DNA of 64,000 nt, taken from NCBI GenBank assembly GCA_964567555.1, contig CAZMNA010000001.1:24911-88910 (forward strand), read 5' to 3'. The translations under genes were made by a program, and so were the position numbers. Position 1 is the first letter of the stretch, and each line of letters starts with the position of its first letter. The DNA is from an uncultured Candidatus Saccharibacteria bacterium. GTDB taxonomy: Bacteria > Patescibacteriota > Saccharimonadia > Saccharimonadales > UBA10212. Shown here piece by piece: positions 63,002-64,000 of this stretch. The notes below the pieces were generated by a model. It saw only the letters and a program-made list of their open reading frames with translations, searched no databases and had not been told where the DNA came from.

Positions 63002-63886
63002 TTACCACCTTATTACAAGTGTGGCGGCGGTTTGAGTGTTTTTTATAACTAGATGCTTTCCGGCTTCATATACCTTACCCGGTCCGCCAATTCTAATGAA
63101 TGCGTTTGCTCCGGTGATTGTTCCCTTATCAAAGTCCCTAAGCCCTTTTTGCCTAAACCAATCGGCAACGAACTCATTGGCTACTTCTACCGGTAAAAGA
63201 GCAAATAATTGACGGTCAATTTGATTACCATTTAGTAAATACTGTGAATAAGTCGCGATTATTTGTTCTGTCTCCTCACGGTTTTTTGCAACTTTTTCTA
63301 TATTTTCTACCAAGCCGTCTCTTTGAGAGGACGATAGTTTATTAACAACGTGCCTTCTTAGGTAATTACGCAAGTATTTATCTTCTTGGTTGGTTTTATC
63401 CTCCCGCCAGTGCAGCTTGTTTGCTTGAGCATATGCTAGGATTTCTTTTTTTCTGAAACCAAGTAGTGGCCGCTTCATTCCATCTTTATCTGCCAGTGAC
63501 ACCAGCCCCCGGGGACCAGTCCCTCTTAAAATGTTAATGAAGGCTGTTTCAATCAAATCATCCTTATGGTGGGCAGTAACGATGTCGTCAGCTTGATATT
63601 TTTTTCTAGCTGTTTCAAGAAACTGGTAGCGAGCGTTTCTGGCAGTTTCCTCTGAGGCGTTTTTGCCCAATCTTGCCTGTCCCAGTTCAAAGACTAGGCC
63701 ATATTTTTTGGCTAACCTGGCAACAAACTCTCCGTCATCGTCAGAATCGAAGCGGATTCCGTGATCAAAATGAGCTACCACCAAATCCAGTTCCGGCTGT
63801 TTGGAGAGTAAATCAAGCAAAACCACCGAATCTACTCCGCCACTGACGGCCAGAATATATTTACCGGGCTTTAGCTTAACTTCCAT
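63002..63886 (-). CDS. tilS: tRNA(Ile)-lysidine synthetase
   Basis: PP-loop LAVSGGVDSVVLLDLL, HFDHGIR motif. Confidence 0.85.
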   Translation of the reverse strand: MEVKLKPGKYILAVSGGVDSVVLLDLLSKQPELDLVVAHFDHGIRFDSDDDGEFVARLAKKYGLVFELGQARLGKNASEETARNARYQFLETARKKYQADDIVTAHHKDDLIETAFINILRGTGPRGLVSLADKDGMKRPLLGFRKKEILAYAQANKLHWREDKTNQEDKYLRNYLRRHVVNKLSSSQRDGLVENIEKVAKNREETEQIIATYSQYLLNGNQIDRQLFALLPVEVANEFVADWFRQKGLRDFDKGTITGANAFIRIGGPGKVYEAGKHLVIKNTQTAATLVIRW

Positions 63887-63909
63887 ATTACTTATAATCT
63901 TAACTCAGG

Positions 63910-64000
63910 ATGAAAAAATTGTACTTTGTACGTCACGGCGAAAGTGAAGCTAATGCCAAAAGGCTCTTTGCCGGACGCTGGGATGTTCCGCTGACCGAGA
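63910..64000 (+). CDS. histidine phosphatase (phosphoglycerate mutase-like) family protein, 5' partial
   Basis: MKKLYFVRHGESEAN contains the RHGE catalytic motif. The ORF runs off the window. Confidence 0.6.
   Translation, partial: MKKLYFVRHGESEANAKRLFAGRWDVPLTE

Overview
The window is a gene-dense bacterial chromosome segment. It has compact housekeeping genes (rsmA, pcrA/uvrD, tpiA, pgk, murD, folD, murB, glyA, murA, rny, tsaE/tsaB, recA, recX, ruvB, ftsH, tilS), 10 canonical tRNAs and a tmRNA. It also has two sortases, several LPXTG-type surface proteins and a type IV pilin-like gene. By inference only, this profile fits a reduced Gram-positive-type lineage such as Patescibacteria/CPR (Saccharibacteria-like). 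Two accessory regions interrupt the core. (1) About 13.8-25.1 kb lies between pgk and murD. It holds a diversity-generating retroelement (DGR): one 105-nt template repeat, two adenine-mutated variable repeats at the 3' ends of two paralogous, apparently cytoplasmic genes on opposite strands, an Avd-like gene, and a reverse transcriptase cut off after about 130 aa exactly at a tRNA-Glu. The two diversified genes bracket a divergent MoxR-type AAA+ ATPase / VWA-domain gene pair. I consider this the best candidate for a novel system: a hypervariable sensor coupled to an NTPase-VWA module. Next to it are structured hairpin repeats, an LPXTG gene, and a visibly GC-rich foreign-looking secreted-protein gene bounded by a 17-bp inverted repeat. 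(2) About 45.5-50.2 kb is bounded by tRNAs. It holds five paralogous cassettes that share a conserved upstream module (with a perfect TTATCCACA 9-mer) and a conserved N-terminal leader but have divergent C-terminal domains. Other oddities include a tRNA-like 5' half followed by a structured ~130-nt insert and a rod-like structured intergenic RNA candidate. There is also an HTH-MurA fusion, a MurD-coupled PP-loop protein (MurL-like), a DHCR24-like flavoenzyme, and a MarR-coupled 42-aa Cys-rich ORF. All functional calls rest on motifs read by eye. No database search was possible.
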